DNA of 64,000 bases, from NCBI GenBank assembly GCA_035308025.1, contig DATGHL010000030.1:52946-116945 (forward strand), given 5' to 3'. This document shows positions 30,636-39,645 of this stretch, one piece after another. Under the pieces are notes generated by a model, which was not told the DNA's origin, ran no database searches, and saw nothing but the letters and a program-made list of their open reading frames with translations. This DNA is from Candidatus Binataceae bacterium (GTDB lineage: Bacteria > Desulfobacterota > Binatia > Binatales > Binataceae). Positions within the stretch are counted from its first letter, which is position 1. Every line of letters begins with the position of its first letter. A program made the translations under genes and the position numbers.

Positions 30636-32195
30636 CTACTTGCCGGAGAGCTGCGCGAAGCGCTCCGGATGCGCGGCGCGGGCTTGCTGCTCGAGCGCGT
30701 CGAGGCGTCCGGCCAGCGCATCGATTTGCGCGTCCTTCTGCTTCAGCACGGACACCTCATGCTGGAGCGTGGCGATTTGCGCATCCTTGTGCGCGAGCTG
30801 GCTAACCTGCTGCTGCAGCGACTGATTCTCCCGTTTCAACTTCTGCATCTCGTTGAGCAGCATCGCTGGGAGGACGTGATAGGCGACCGTCTCATGCTTG
30901 CCGTCGGTGCCGTTGACCACCAGCTCGGGATAGACCTTCGCGACCTCTTCGGCGATCAAGCCGTACTGCTGAGTCCCGGTCGGGTCGGCTTTGTAGCGAA
31001 AGGCCACCGGCCGTAAGCGCATCAGGTTGTCGCTGGCGTCGCCCATGTCGCGGACGTCGCGCTTGTAGCGCGCTGAGGAGGATACGACCCCGAGCTGTCC
31101 GTCCGAATTGACCACGACGGCGGCTCCCCCCGAAACGCCAGTATCGCTAATGCCGGCGATAAACGTTGCGGTCTGGGTGCCCGTGGTGCCGATCCTGATC
31201 GTGTTCGATTCCCCCGCGACACCGGCATCGTATATATCGATGTTGCTGCTGCCGGTAGTGAGATTGCTGCCAGCACTTTCGCCGATCGCAATATTGCTGC
31301 CGCCTGTGCTGTTGTTTACGAGCGCGTTTGCTCCAGCGGCCGTATTGCCGGTACCAATGGTATTATCGTTTAGGGCACTTGCACCGCTAGCGGTATTGTT
31401 GCTGCCAGTTGTGGTGTTACTGAGGGCACTCGCGCCACTGGCGGCGTTACTGGTGCCCGTGGTGTTGCTGAACAAGGCTAAGGCGCCGAAGGCCGCGTTG
31501 GCTGCGCCGGAGGTATTGTTGTTGAGGGCGCTCAGGCCGCTGGCCGTGTTTTGGGCCCCGGTGGTGTTCTGGGTGAGGGCACCGTAGCCGGTAGCTGTGT
31601 TGTTGCTGCCGACGGTGTTGAAATAAAGAGCGCTCACGCCGATGGCGGTGTTGCCGGTGCCCGTGGTGTTGCTGAGTAGCGCGTTGAGTCCATCGGCCGT
31701 GTTTAAATCTCCTGTAGTGTTGCTCAGCAGGGCATAGTCGCCGGTAGCCGTATTGTTGACACCCGCGGTGTTGTTCTCGAGCGCTTCGAAGCCGGTGGCC
31801 GTATCGCCGCTGCCGGTGGTGTTGTTGAGCAATGTGTCGAGGCCGACCGCCGTGTTGGCGAAACCCGTGGTGACGTTGACTCCTGGTCCAGCGGGACCGG
31901 CGGGTCCCTCTGGTCCTGACGGTCCGGCTGCGCCCGCCGCTCCAGCAGGCCCGGTGGGTCCGGCTGGCCCAGTTGGCCCGGCCGGACCCGTCGCACCCAA
32001 CGTGTCCGCCGTCTGTTTCGACGTACAGCCTTGCCCACTTTTGACAAAAGTGGGTTTCCCGGTCTTGTCGTTTACGCACACGGTGATGGCTGTCTGTGCT
32101 GCGGCGACTCCGCCTGCAGCTACCGTGACAATCATTACAAGCGCCGCTAGATAATTCCGTCGCAGCGCCGAACCAGCTTGCCCTGCCCGTGCCAT
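30636..32195 (-). CDS. Secreted collagen-like/tail-fibre-domain protein with 17-residue repeats and a C-terminal peptidase S74 intramolecular-chaperone domain
   Basis: 519 aa. N-terminal signal peptide, about 13 Gly-X-Y triplets (GPAGPTGPAG...), and eleven 17-aa repeats of the form NT[AT]xG..AL..NTTG... The C-terminus carries the intramolecular-chaperone motif RYKRDVRDM...LRPVAFRYK...GLIAEEV..V.PELV followed by a coiled-coil. The underlying 51-nt DNA repeats create spurious overlapping ORFs. Confidence 0.8.
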   Translation of the reverse strand: MARAGQAGSALRRNYLAALVMIVTVAAGGVAAAQTAITVCVNDKTGKPTFVKSGQGCTSKQTADTLGATGPAGPTGPAGPTGPAGAAGAAGPSGPEGPAGPAGPGVNVTTGFANTAVGLDTLLNNTTGSGDTATGFEALENNTAGVNNTATGDYALLSNTTGDLNTADGLNALLSNTTGTGNTAIGVSALYFNTVGSNNTATGYGALTQNTTGAQNTASGLSALNNNTSGAANAAFGALALFSNTTGTSNAASGASALSNTTTGSNNTASGASALNDNTIGTGNTAAGANALVNNSTGGSNIAIGESAGSNLTTGSSNIDIYDAGVAGESNTIRIGTTGTQTATFIAGISDTGVSGGAAVVVNSDGQLGVVSSSARYKRDVRDMGDASDNLMRLRPVAFRYKADPTGTQQYGLIAEEVAKVYPELVVNGTDGKHETVAYHVLPAMLLNEMQKLKRENQSLQQQVSQLAHKDAQIATLQHEVSVLKQKDAQIDALAGRLDALEQQARAAHPERFAQLSGK

Positions 32196-32382
32196 AGATC
32201 GTTCCTCCGCTGGCGAATCGCCAACCGAGGGAGCCTAACAGAGCTTCGATGCGAGTGTCACCGCGTCACCGTGCAACTTGAAGCGCGGCGGCGAAGTGCG
32301 CTAAGCAATCATCAGGCGGAAGCGTGACGGCACATCGGGCCGTATGCGCGATATCAGCTCCGCCGTTCGTCAGGAGGCTTCA

Positions 32383-33498
32383 ATGCACGTCGGTTATGGT
32401 GCGGTGTTTCAGAATCCCGGCAATGCTCTTTCGGATACTGAGGTTTGGCGGCACGAGGTGCGGCTGGCCGAGATGGCCGAGCCGCTCGGCTTTGATTCGG
32501 TCTGGTCGATCGAGCATCACTTCGACGACTACACGATGTGCCCCGATCCGCTGCAATTTCTCACCTACATGGCCGGCGCGACGAAGAAAGTGAAGCTCGG
32601 CTCGATGGTCGTGGTGTTGCCGTGGCACGATCCAATTCGCGTCGCCGAGCAGGTTTCAGTGCTCGACCACCTGTCGAACGGCCGCTTCATCCTCGGGATC
32701 GGCCGCGGGCTGGCGCGGATCGAATACGAGGGCTTCCGGCTCGATCAGAACGAAGGTCGCGCGCTCTTCGTCGAGTACGCCGAATTGATTTTGAACGCGC
32801 TGGAGAAGGGCTATATGGAGGGCGGCGCGATGACCAAGCAGCCGCGCCGCGATATCCGCCCCTTCCCGGCGCGATCGTTCCGCGGACGCACCTATGCCGC
32901 CGCGGTCTCGCCGGAATCGATGCCGATCATGGCCAAGCTCGGAGTCGGCGTGCTGGTCATCCCGCAGAAGCCGTGGGATGCGGTCAAGCAGGACTTCGCG
33001 GTCTATCACAAAGTGTGGCGCGAGGTGAACGGCACCGAGCCGCCTCATCCGTTGAGCGGCGGCTTCATCTTCGTCGACGAGGACAAGTCGCGCGCGCAGG
33101 AGTTGGGGATGAAGTACATCACCGACTACTACCACACGGCAATGCGCCACTACGAAATGACGGCGGAAAAATTTGGCTCGCACAAGAGCTACGAATTCTA
33201 CAGCCACGTCGGCAAATATATCGCCAAGCACGGCATGGACGAGGCGGCGAAAGATTTTGCCGAGCTGATGCCCTTCGGGACGCCCGCGCAGGTGCTCGAA
33301 AAGCTACGCTTCATGCAGGAAACCATCAACATGGACGGGGTGATGGGCAACTTCGCCTATGCCGGAATGCCCTTCGACGAAGCCGAACGCAACCTCAAGT
33401 GCTTCGCAACCAAGGTGATGCCGGAGTTGAAAAAGTGGCAGGCGACGCCACTCAAGGAAGGCGCTGCGCTCAAAGGAATCGGCGCGCAAGCCGCCTGA
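32383..33498 (+). CDS. LLM-class flavin-dependent oxidoreductase
   Basis: Luciferase-like monooxygenase fold. Confidence 0.85.
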   Translation: MHVGYGAVFQNPGNALSDTEVWRHEVRLAEMAEPLGFDSVWSIEHHFDDYTMCPDPLQFLTYMAGATKKVKLGSMVVVLPWHDPIRVAEQVSVLDHLSNGRFILGIGRGLARIEYEGFRLDQNEGRALFVEYAELILNALEKGYMEGGAMTKQPRRDIRPFPARSFRGRTYAAAVSPESMPIMAKLGVGVLVIPQKPWDAVKQDFAVYHKVWREVNGTEPPHPLSGGFIFVDEDKSRAQELGMKYITDYYHTAMRHYEMTAEKFGSHKSYEFYSHVGKYIAKHGMDEAAKDFAELMPFGTPAQVLEKLRFMQETINMDGVMGNFAYAGMPFDEAERNLKCFATKVMPELKKWQATPLKEGAALKGIGAQAA

Positions 33499-33663
33499 GT
33501 AATTAACCCGGTACGGAGTTAGAATGGGGCCTTCATCCAGGCGGATGGGGCCCCGTTATTTTTGTCCTGATGCAGCGTATGCGGGAGGCTGCGGCAGAAA
33601 ACCGGTACCGGCTTCGCTGACGCGAAGCTGTCCGAGATCCTTCGACTCCGTTCGCGTCGCTCA

Positions 33664-33687
33664 CTTCGCTCAGGATGACAATAAACG
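33664..33687. repeat. Copy of the short repeat core TTCGCTCAGRATGACAAWAAA (same family as 42731-42830)
   Basis: cttcgctcaggatgacaataaacg matches the arms of the palindrome at 42741-42765. It is intergenic between convergent genes. Confidence 0.4.
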
Positions 33688-33746
33688 CTGCCCGGGTGGT
33701 GAATGCCGACCACTTTTGCAAACACTTCTAACTCATGGCGCTCGCG

Positions 33747-34571
33747 TCAGGCCACCTTTGAGATGAACGTCTCGGCCTGCGTCGCGAACTCGTTCGCACT
33801 CGCATAGCGGCCCAAATCGAGAATGAAATAGGTCGCGCCGGCTTCGCGTTCAGCCTCGACTCGCGCCCGTGCCGCACCGAGGTCGTCAAACTTCATCCCG
33901 CGACGCACGACGATTTCGAGATCGTCCGTGCGGCCTTGCGTGCGCATCTGACTCTTCAGCGACGTAACGGCCGGGGCAAGTTTGTCGGCCGCGAGCATCG
34001 GATGCCATCCCGCGCCGAACTCGAGGACACGTCGCACGGCGGCGTCACCGTTGCCGCCGATCCAGATCGGCGGGGCTTGCGGGCGCGGTGAAAAGACGAA
34101 GGGCGGAAAGCTGACGAGATTCCCGCAGTAGGCTTCAGCGTCGCGCGTGAACAAATGTCTGATGACGCGCAGGGTTTCGTCGCTGAGCCGGCCGCGCATC
34201 CGCTTGTCGACGCCGAGCGCGGCGAATTCAGGCTTCATCCAGCCGACGCCGACCCCGAGGATCATCCGTCCGCCCGAGAGCTCCTGGATGGTGGCGACCT
34301 GCTTGGCGGTCAGCACCGCAGGCCGATACGGCAGCACGAGCACCGAAATGCCGAGACGAATCCGTTCGGTCGCGCCGGCGAGGTAGGCGAGCGTCGCGAG
34401 AACGTCGAGGTAACGGCCCCCGGAACCTTCAGTCTCGTCCGGCGGGATGCAGAGGTGGTCAGAGACGAAGACCGCGTCGAAGCCGAGTGACTCGGCAGCG
34501 GCTACGCAGGCGCGAATCGTCGCGGTCGTCGATTGCGGCCCCATGTTGCGCACGGCGATGCCATATTTCAT
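33747..34571 (-). CDS. LLM-class F420-dependent oxidoreductase
   Basis: TIGR03619-like N-terminus (MKYGIAVRNMGP) and the LLM core. Confidence 0.85.
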   Translation of the reverse strand: MKYGIAVRNMGPQSTTATIRACVAAAESLGFDAVFVSDHLCIPPDETEGSGGRYLDVLATLAYLAGATERIRLGISVLVLPYRPAVLTAKQVATIQELSGGRMILGVGVGWMKPEFAALGVDKRMRGRLSDETLRVIRHLFTRDAEAYCGNLVSFPPFVFSPRPQAPPIWIGGNGDAAVRRVLEFGAGWHPMLAADKLAPAVTSLKSQMRTQGRTDDLEIVVRRGMKFDDLGAARARVEAEREAGATYFILDLGRYASANEFATQAETFISKVA

Positions 34572-34614
34572 TGCTGCGCCTCCGCGGTCCCCCTCTGTAA
34601 TCACGCTGTTACTT

Positions 34615-35223
34615 TCAACGGCGCAGGCCCATCGCGTCGAGTTTCTTGACGATCCACGCAATCCGATCGTTGCCCCAGAATGGCTCGCCCGCGACGATCA
34701 GCATCGGCACGCCGAAAACATGATCGCGCTCGCCCTGCGCCAGCGCGTCGGCGAGCGCCGCCGGCCCATCGCGGTTGACGAAGCGGCGAAACTCGGCGGC
34801 GTCGAGACCAATTTCACTGATCACCGCGGCGAGCGCATCGACGCTTTCGAGATCGATCTCGCGCGCGAAAAACCGCGCGAAGACCAGCCGCGAGTATTCG
34901 CGAAAGCGTCCGTTGCGCTCGGCGAAGATTCCGCTGGTGAGCGCGAGGCGGCTGTCGAAAAGCCTCTGCGGCCCGCGAATGATAATCCCGCGGTCGCGAG
35001 CGAAACGGCGGGCGTCCTCGTAGAGGTAGCGGACTTTGAACCAATCGCGTTCCGTCCGCTGCGGCAAATCGCCGCCAAAAGCCCGAAAATCGAAGCCGTG
35101 CGGCGTGAAGACGATTTGCACGCGATGACTTCGCTCAAGGTCGAGCGCCGGCTCAAAGGCCAGCCAGGTGAAAGGACTCTTGTAGTCGTAGTAGAACCTG
35201 ACGGTTTCGAGTACTTCGGCCAT
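34615..35223 (-). CDS. DsbA-like thioredoxin-fold protein (2-hydroxychromene-2-carboxylate isomerase family)
   Basis: 202 aa. HCCA isomerase/GST-kappa-like motifs, with the N-terminus YYDYKSPFTWL. Confidence 0.72.
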   Translation of the reverse strand: MAEVLETVRFYYDYKSPFTWLAFEPALDLERSHRVQIVFTPHGFDFRAFGGDLPQRTERDWFKVRYLYEDARRFARDRGIIIRGPQRLFDSRLALTSGIFAERNGRFREYSRLVFARFFAREIDLESVDALAAVISEIGLDAAEFRRFVNRDGPAALADALAQGERDHVFGVPMLIVAGEPFWGNDRIAWIVKKLDAMGLRR

Positions 35224-35376
35224 GGCTTATCGTGATAGCCGAATTTCCTTCGTCAGACAAAAGGGCGGTCACGCACCCATCGCGAAAAAGCATGATGGGC
35301 ATGATGGCTATCCACTCTCGCGACAATTCGTTAGCATCGCGCCGATGCGCGAATCTGCCGTGCGCGGCGCCAATCG

Positions 35377-36351
35377 ATGAAGCTCCGTCCGCTCGACCCG
35401 TCCCGCGCGACGACCCGCAAACTCGCGACCCTCTCGCGCAAAGTCGCGCGCAACCAGTTCGCCAAGCCGCTCTCCGCGGGCGCCGCGGTCGCCGATTTTC
35501 TCGACGCGCTGCCGGATGTCCTCGCCGCTCGCGACTTGCGCGAGCTCGCGCGCCGCGTCGCCGCGGCCCATCGCTCCCGCCGGATGGTCCTGCTCCAGAT
35601 GGGTGCGCATCCGATCAAAGTCGGACTCGGCCCGATCATCTGCGATTTGATTCGCGATGGCATCATCACCGGCTTCGCCGGCAACGGCGCGACGATGATC
35701 CACGACTTCGAACTGGCCTACGCCGGCCGCACCTCCGAGGACGTCGGCGCCGGGCTGACCGACGGCAGCTTCGGGATGGCCGAAGAGACCGGCGCGATCC
35801 TCAACGAGTTTGCCAAGATCGCGATGGACGAGGGTCGCGGTTACGGCGAGATCGTCGGTCGCGAGATATTAAAGCGACACTTCAAGTTTTGCGACAGCAG
35901 CATCTTTGCCACCGCCTACGATAAGGGCGTGCCCGCGACGATTCATGTTGCGCTCGGCTCGGACATCGTACACATGCATCCGGCGGCCGACGGCGCCGCG
36001 ATCGGCGCAGCGACGATGGCGGACTTCCATCGACTCGCCGCGACGGTCGGCGAACTCTCGCGCGGCGTCGTCATCAATCTGGGCTCCGCGGTGCTGATGC
36101 CCGAGGTCTTTATGAAGGCGCTCAACCTCGCGCGCAACCTCGGCCGCACAGTCGAGGCCTTTACCGCGGCTGACATGGATTTTCTCCGTCAGTACCGGCC
36201 GCGTATGAATGTTGTCGAGCGTCCGACTCAAGGTGGGGGCCGCGGTCTGATGCTGACCGGGCATCACGAGCTGATGTTCCCCCTGCTCGTCGCTGCGATC
36301 CGCGAGGAACTCGCGCGTCCCCCGAGCCGAGTCCGCAAGAAGCTTGGCTGA
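35377..36351 (+). CDS. Deoxyhypusine synthase-like family protein
   Basis: 324 aa. A TDGSFG motif and a C-terminal LMFPLLVAAI motif resemble DHS TDGSLG and LVFPLLVAETF. Overall DHS/homospermidine-synthase-like. Confidence 0.6.
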   Translation: MKLRPLDPSRATTRKLATLSRKVARNQFAKPLSAGAAVADFLDALPDVLAARDLRELARRVAAAHRSRRMVLLQMGAHPIKVGLGPIICDLIRDGIITGFAGNGATMIHDFELAYAGRTSEDVGAGLTDGSFGMAEETGAILNEFAKIAMDEGRGYGEIVGREILKRHFKFCDSSIFATAYDKGVPATIHVALGSDIVHMHPAADGAAIGAATMADFHRLAATVGELSRGVVINLGSAVLMPEVFMKALNLARNLGRTVEAFTAADMDFLRQYRPRMNVVERPTQGGGRGLMLTGHHELMFPLLVAAIREELARPPSRVRKKLG

Positions 36352-36443
36352 TCGGCAGACCTTGAACCGCCGCGGTTACTTAAGGGTCTGAGACCTGACC
36401 GGCAAAACTTGCGGGTCGCGTCGGTCTTACCTATAATCTTACA

Positions 36444-36695
36444 ATGACTTATCGCACGCGACTGTCGAGCAAGGGACAGATCGTTTTGCCGAAACCGCTG
36501 CGTGTTGCCCGTCGATGGAGTCCCGGGACGGAATTCCTCCTCGAAGAACACGGCGCCGGCCTTTTGCTCAAGCCCGGCGTCTCAGGCTCATCCGATTGGG
36601 CGTCGCTGATCGGCGCCGCCGACTATCGCGGACCGCGCAAAAGCCTCAAGGAGATGACCGAGGCGATTAACGTCGAAGCGCGCAAACACCGGTGA
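36444..36695 (+). CDS. vapB: AbrB/MazE-fold antitoxin (VapB-like)
   Basis: 83 aa with the SpoVT/AbrB swapped-hairpin motif SSKGQIVLPKPLR. Confidence 0.75.
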   Translation: MTYRTRLSSKGQIVLPKPLRVARRWSPGTEFLLEEHGAGLLLKPGVSGSSDWASLIGAADYRGPRKSLKEMTEAINVEARKHR

Positions 36696-37084
36696 TTGCC
36701 GTCGATACTAATGTCCTGGTGCGCATCATCGTCAACGATGAACCATCGCAAGCGGCGCGCGCCGCGGTCTTCCTGCGTGCTCAGGAGCGCGTCTTTATAG
36801 CCAAAACCGTCATGCTCGAACTTGAATGGGTGCTGCGCGGCGCGTACCGCCTCGCCCGCGGGACTATCGCGGCCGCGCTCCGGCGGGTGCTTGAGTTTCC
36901 GAACGTAGAAGCCGAGGATCCCGCGGCCGTGACAGCGGCGCTGCGCTGGTACGACCAGGGACTGGATTTCGCCGACAGCCTGCACGTTGCCTCCGCCGGA
37001 CATGGATGTAAGTTCGCAACCTTTGACGGCGCCTTGCGGCGGCGCGCCCGCCGCTTGCGCGCTATTACGCTGGCGGATCTTTGA
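36692..37084 (+). CDS. vapC: PIN-domain toxin VapC
   Basis: 130 aa. N-terminal IAVDTNVLV and downstream acidic PIN residues. It overlaps vapB by 4 nt. Confidence 0.85.
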   Translation: MIAVDTNVLVRIIVNDEPSQAARAAVFLRAQERVFIAKTVMLELEWVLRGAYRLARGTIAAALRRVLEFPNVEAEDPAAVTAALRWYDQGLDFADSLHVASAGHGCKFATFDGALRRRARRLRAITLADL

Positions 37085-37186
37085 AGCGCTCGGCGATCCC
37101 GAGGGTTGCGGCGCCTGCGTTTCGCCGAAATAATCCGCAAGCTGTCCTCGTGCTTCCAGAAGCGCTCAAGGAATTGAAGCCACGCG

Positions 37187-37666
37187 ATGACTATTACACG
37201 ACCATCCTGGGATCAATACTTCATGACGATTACGCGGCAGGTGGCCGAGCGCTCGACCTGCACGCGGGCGAAGGTCGGCGCGGTGATCGTGCGCGACCGC
37301 AGCATCCTCGCAACCGGCTACAATGGCGCGCCTGCCGGGCTGCCGCACTGCCTCGACGTCGGCTGCCTGATCTACGAATCGCGCACGCCCGACGGCGAGA
37401 TTGAGCAGAACTGCTTCCGCACCATCCATGCCGAGATCAACGCGATCACGCAGGCGGCCCGCAATGGCGTCGCGATTCGCGACGCCGATATCTACGTCAC
37501 TCACACCCCGTGCATCCATTGCCTGAAAGTTCTGATCAACACCGGCATCCGCAGCGTCTTTTACGAGAAGCCCTACAAGCTGCACACGATCGAGGAGTTG
37601 CTGACCCACGCGCGTATCAAGCTGATCAGTGTTCAGCCGGAGCCACCGCCCGATGCCCCAGCCTGA
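37187..37666 (+). CDS. dCMP deaminase (ComEB/cytidine-deoxycytidylate deaminase family)
   Basis: Zinc motifs HAE...PCxxC ([20 protein letters not shown]). Confidence 0.85.
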   Translation: MTITRPSWDQYFMTITRQVAERSTCTRAKVGAVIVRDRSILATGYNGAPAGLPHCLDVGCLIYESRTPDGEIEQNCFRTIHAEINAITQAARNGVAIRDADIYVTHTPCIHCLKVLINTGIRSVFYEKPYKLHTIEELLTHARIKLISVQPEPPPDAPA

Positions 37667-38132
37667 GGGCGCCGCCCGCCCCTGCGGCATCTGCGCGATC
37701 ATCGATCGGCTGCGCGCCGGCAGCTTTCCCGATCTCGTCGCCGAGCTGCCGAGGAGCTGGATGATCCTGGGAGACGCGCAGTTCTATCGCGGCTATTGCG
37801 TGCTCTTCGCCAAGCGCCACGTCGTCGAGCCTCATCTGATGCCGCGCGGCGAGGCCCACGAGCTGCTCGACGAGATGCTTGCGGCAGGCAAAGCAATCAA
37901 CGCGGTCACGTCGCCCATCAAGCTCAATTACGAATGCCTCGGCAATCAGGAGCCGCACGTGCACTGGCACATTTTTCCGCGTTCCTCCGCCGATCCGATG
38001 CGGCTGCAACCGGTCTGGCTGCGCCCTGAGAGTGAACGTAAAGTAACACTTGAAGAATCGGATCGACGCTCGCTGATTGCCGAATTGCGCTTGGAACTCG
38101 GCCGTCTGCTGCCGGCAGCGCGATGGGGTTGA
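37653..38132 (+). CDS. HIT family protein
   Basis: Histidine-triad motif HVHWHIFPR. An alternative start at 37629 is possible. Confidence 0.75.
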   Translation: MPQPEGAARPCGICAIIDRLRAGSFPDLVAELPRSWMILGDAQFYRGYCVLFAKRHVVEPHLMPRGEAHELLDEMLAAGKAINAVTSPIKLNYECLGNQEPHVHWHIFPRSSADPMRLQPVWLRPESERKVTLEESDRRSLIAELRLELGRLLPAARWG

Positions 38133-38453
38133 GTGCTCCGATCGTCGCCGTCCTGTCGAATGAATCTTCGCCAGTGGCTCAAGCGTGGGCTGACCCTCCT
38201 CGCCACAGCACTCGCGCTATTCGGATGTACCCGGTCGCTGCCCGAGGCCGGCAGTGCCGTCGAACAGCTATACGTCGCACGCTGCGGCGGCTGCCATCAG
38301 GCGTACGATCCGCGGTCGCTGACCGCCTCGATGTGGGAGTTGCAAATGCTCGCGATGCGCTCGAAAATCGCCGAGGCTGGACAGGCGCCGCCGACGCCCG
38401 CGGAGCAGCGCGCCATCCTCGCGTACCTCCAGCGCAACGCCGGCCAGCAATAG
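38133..38453 (+). CDS. Small lipoprotein with a CxxCH motif (putative mono-heme c-type cytochrome-like)
   Basis: 106 aa. Signal plus lipobox-like LALFGC, and a single CGGCH heme-c motif. Confidence 0.45.
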   Translation: MLRSSPSCRMNLRQWLKRGLTLLATALALFGCTRSLPEAGSAVEQLYVARCGGCHQAYDPRSLTASMWELQMLAMRSKIAEAGQAPPTPAEQRAILAYLQRNAGQQ

Positions 38454-38507
38454 TTCGAGCGATTTGATAAATATTGAAGAGCGCGCAGTCGTCCGGCGCA
38501 TCAATCG

Positions 38508-39632
38508 ATGTCAGAAGCAACCGCCAAACTTTCCGCCATCCGCGACGAACTCAATCAGTTTTTTCTCGAGCGCGCCGAATTGATCGACGGAGCATTGTGC
38601 GCGCTGCTCGCAACTCATCACGTCTTGCTGATCGGGCCGCCCGGTACGGCCAAATCGATGCTCGCGGACGAACTCTGCCGCCGTATCGAGGGCGCCAATT
38701 ATTTTCAATGGCTGTTGACGAAATTCAGCACGCCGGAAGAGATTTTCGGCGCGGTCAGCCTCAAAAGCCTCGAGCAGGACGACTACCGCCGCGTCACCGA
38801 TCACAAACTGCCTGAGGCGCACATCGCCTTCCTCGATGAGATCTTCAAGGCCAACTCCTCGATCCTCAACGCCCTGCTGGCCGTAATCAACGAACGCATT
38901 TTTCACAACGGCCGCGAAAGAGTTGTCGTCCCCCTTGTAACGATGTTCGGGGCGTCGAACGAGCTGCCCGACGAGGAAGAGCTGACGGCGCTCTTCGATC
39001 GCTTCATGATGCGCTTTACGGTCGATTACATCGTCGAGGATTTCCGTTTTCTGAAGATGCTCGAAGGAACAGGTCCGGCGCGCCGGACGATCCTCACCTT
39101 CGAGGAGCTGAACGAACTGCGCGCGGACGTTGCTGCGGTGCAGATCCCCGGTGGGATCCTGCGCGCGCTGGCGGAGCTGCGCCGGATCCTCGCGACGAGC
39201 CAGATCGTCGCCTCCGACCGGCGCTGGCGTAACACGCTCGCGATCATGCGCGCGCACGCGCTGCTGCTGAGCCGCACCCAGGTGAGCGACGACGATCTCG
39301 CCTTTCTCGAGCACGTGTTGTGGAAGGATCCCGAAGAGATTCCCAAGGTCCGCGACGCGATCCGCCGCCTCGTCAAGGGCTTCGAGGATGAGGCCCGCGA
39401 ACTGCTGATCCAGGGTCAGGAGTTGCGCGAATATGCCGCGCGGGCGTGGGAGAGCGATGAGCTGCGCAAGCGCGCGGTAATCGAGGCGCACAGCAAACTC
39501 GCCAACATCCTCGTCAAATTCGAAAACCTGATCCGCGACGCTGCCGAGGGCGGACGCACCACGGAAAGCCTCGAAGCGATGCGGGCGACGGTCAAGGGCA
39601 TCCAGCAATCGATGCTGCGAGCGGCGGTCTAG
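38508..39632 (+). CDS. MoxR-family AAA+ ATPase, RavA-like
   Basis: Walker A GPPGTAKS and Walker B AFLDEIF. The segment KFSTPEEIFG...LPEAHIAFLDEIFKANSSILNALLAVINER closely parallels RavA. Confidence 0.78.
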   Translation: MSEATAKLSAIRDELNQFFLERAELIDGALCALLATHHVLLIGPPGTAKSMLADELCRRIEGANYFQWLLTKFSTPEEIFGAVSLKSLEQDDYRRVTDHKLPEAHIAFLDEIFKANSSILNALLAVINERIFHNGRERVVVPLVTMFGASNELPDEEELTALFDRFMMRFTVDYIVEDFRFLKMLEGTGPARRTILTFEELNELRADVAAVQIPGGILRALAELRRILATSQIVASDRRWRNTLAIMRAHALLLSRTQVSDDDLAFLEHVLWKDPEEIPKVRDAIRRLVKGFEDEARELLIQGQELREYAARAWESDELRKRAVIEAHSKLANILVKFENLIRDAAEGGRTTESLEAMRATVKGIQQSMLRAAV

Positions 39633-39645
39633 CTGCTTCACCGCC

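Noticed and set aside
31108-32154. Overlapping ORFs 31108-31587(+), 31447-32079(-) and 31753-32154(+) inside the collagen-like gene
   Set aside because: They are frame-shifted readings of the 51-nt nucleotide repeats and the Gly-Pro-rich collagen segment. Only the 30636-32195 minus frame gives a coherent signal peptide, repeats and the C-terminal chaperone domain.
30636-32195. Prophage interpretation of the tail-fibre-domain gene
   Set aside because: No integrase, terminase, capsid, tail-tube or lysis genes flank it, and no att or tRNA site is nearby. The neighbours are metabolic LLM oxidoreductases.
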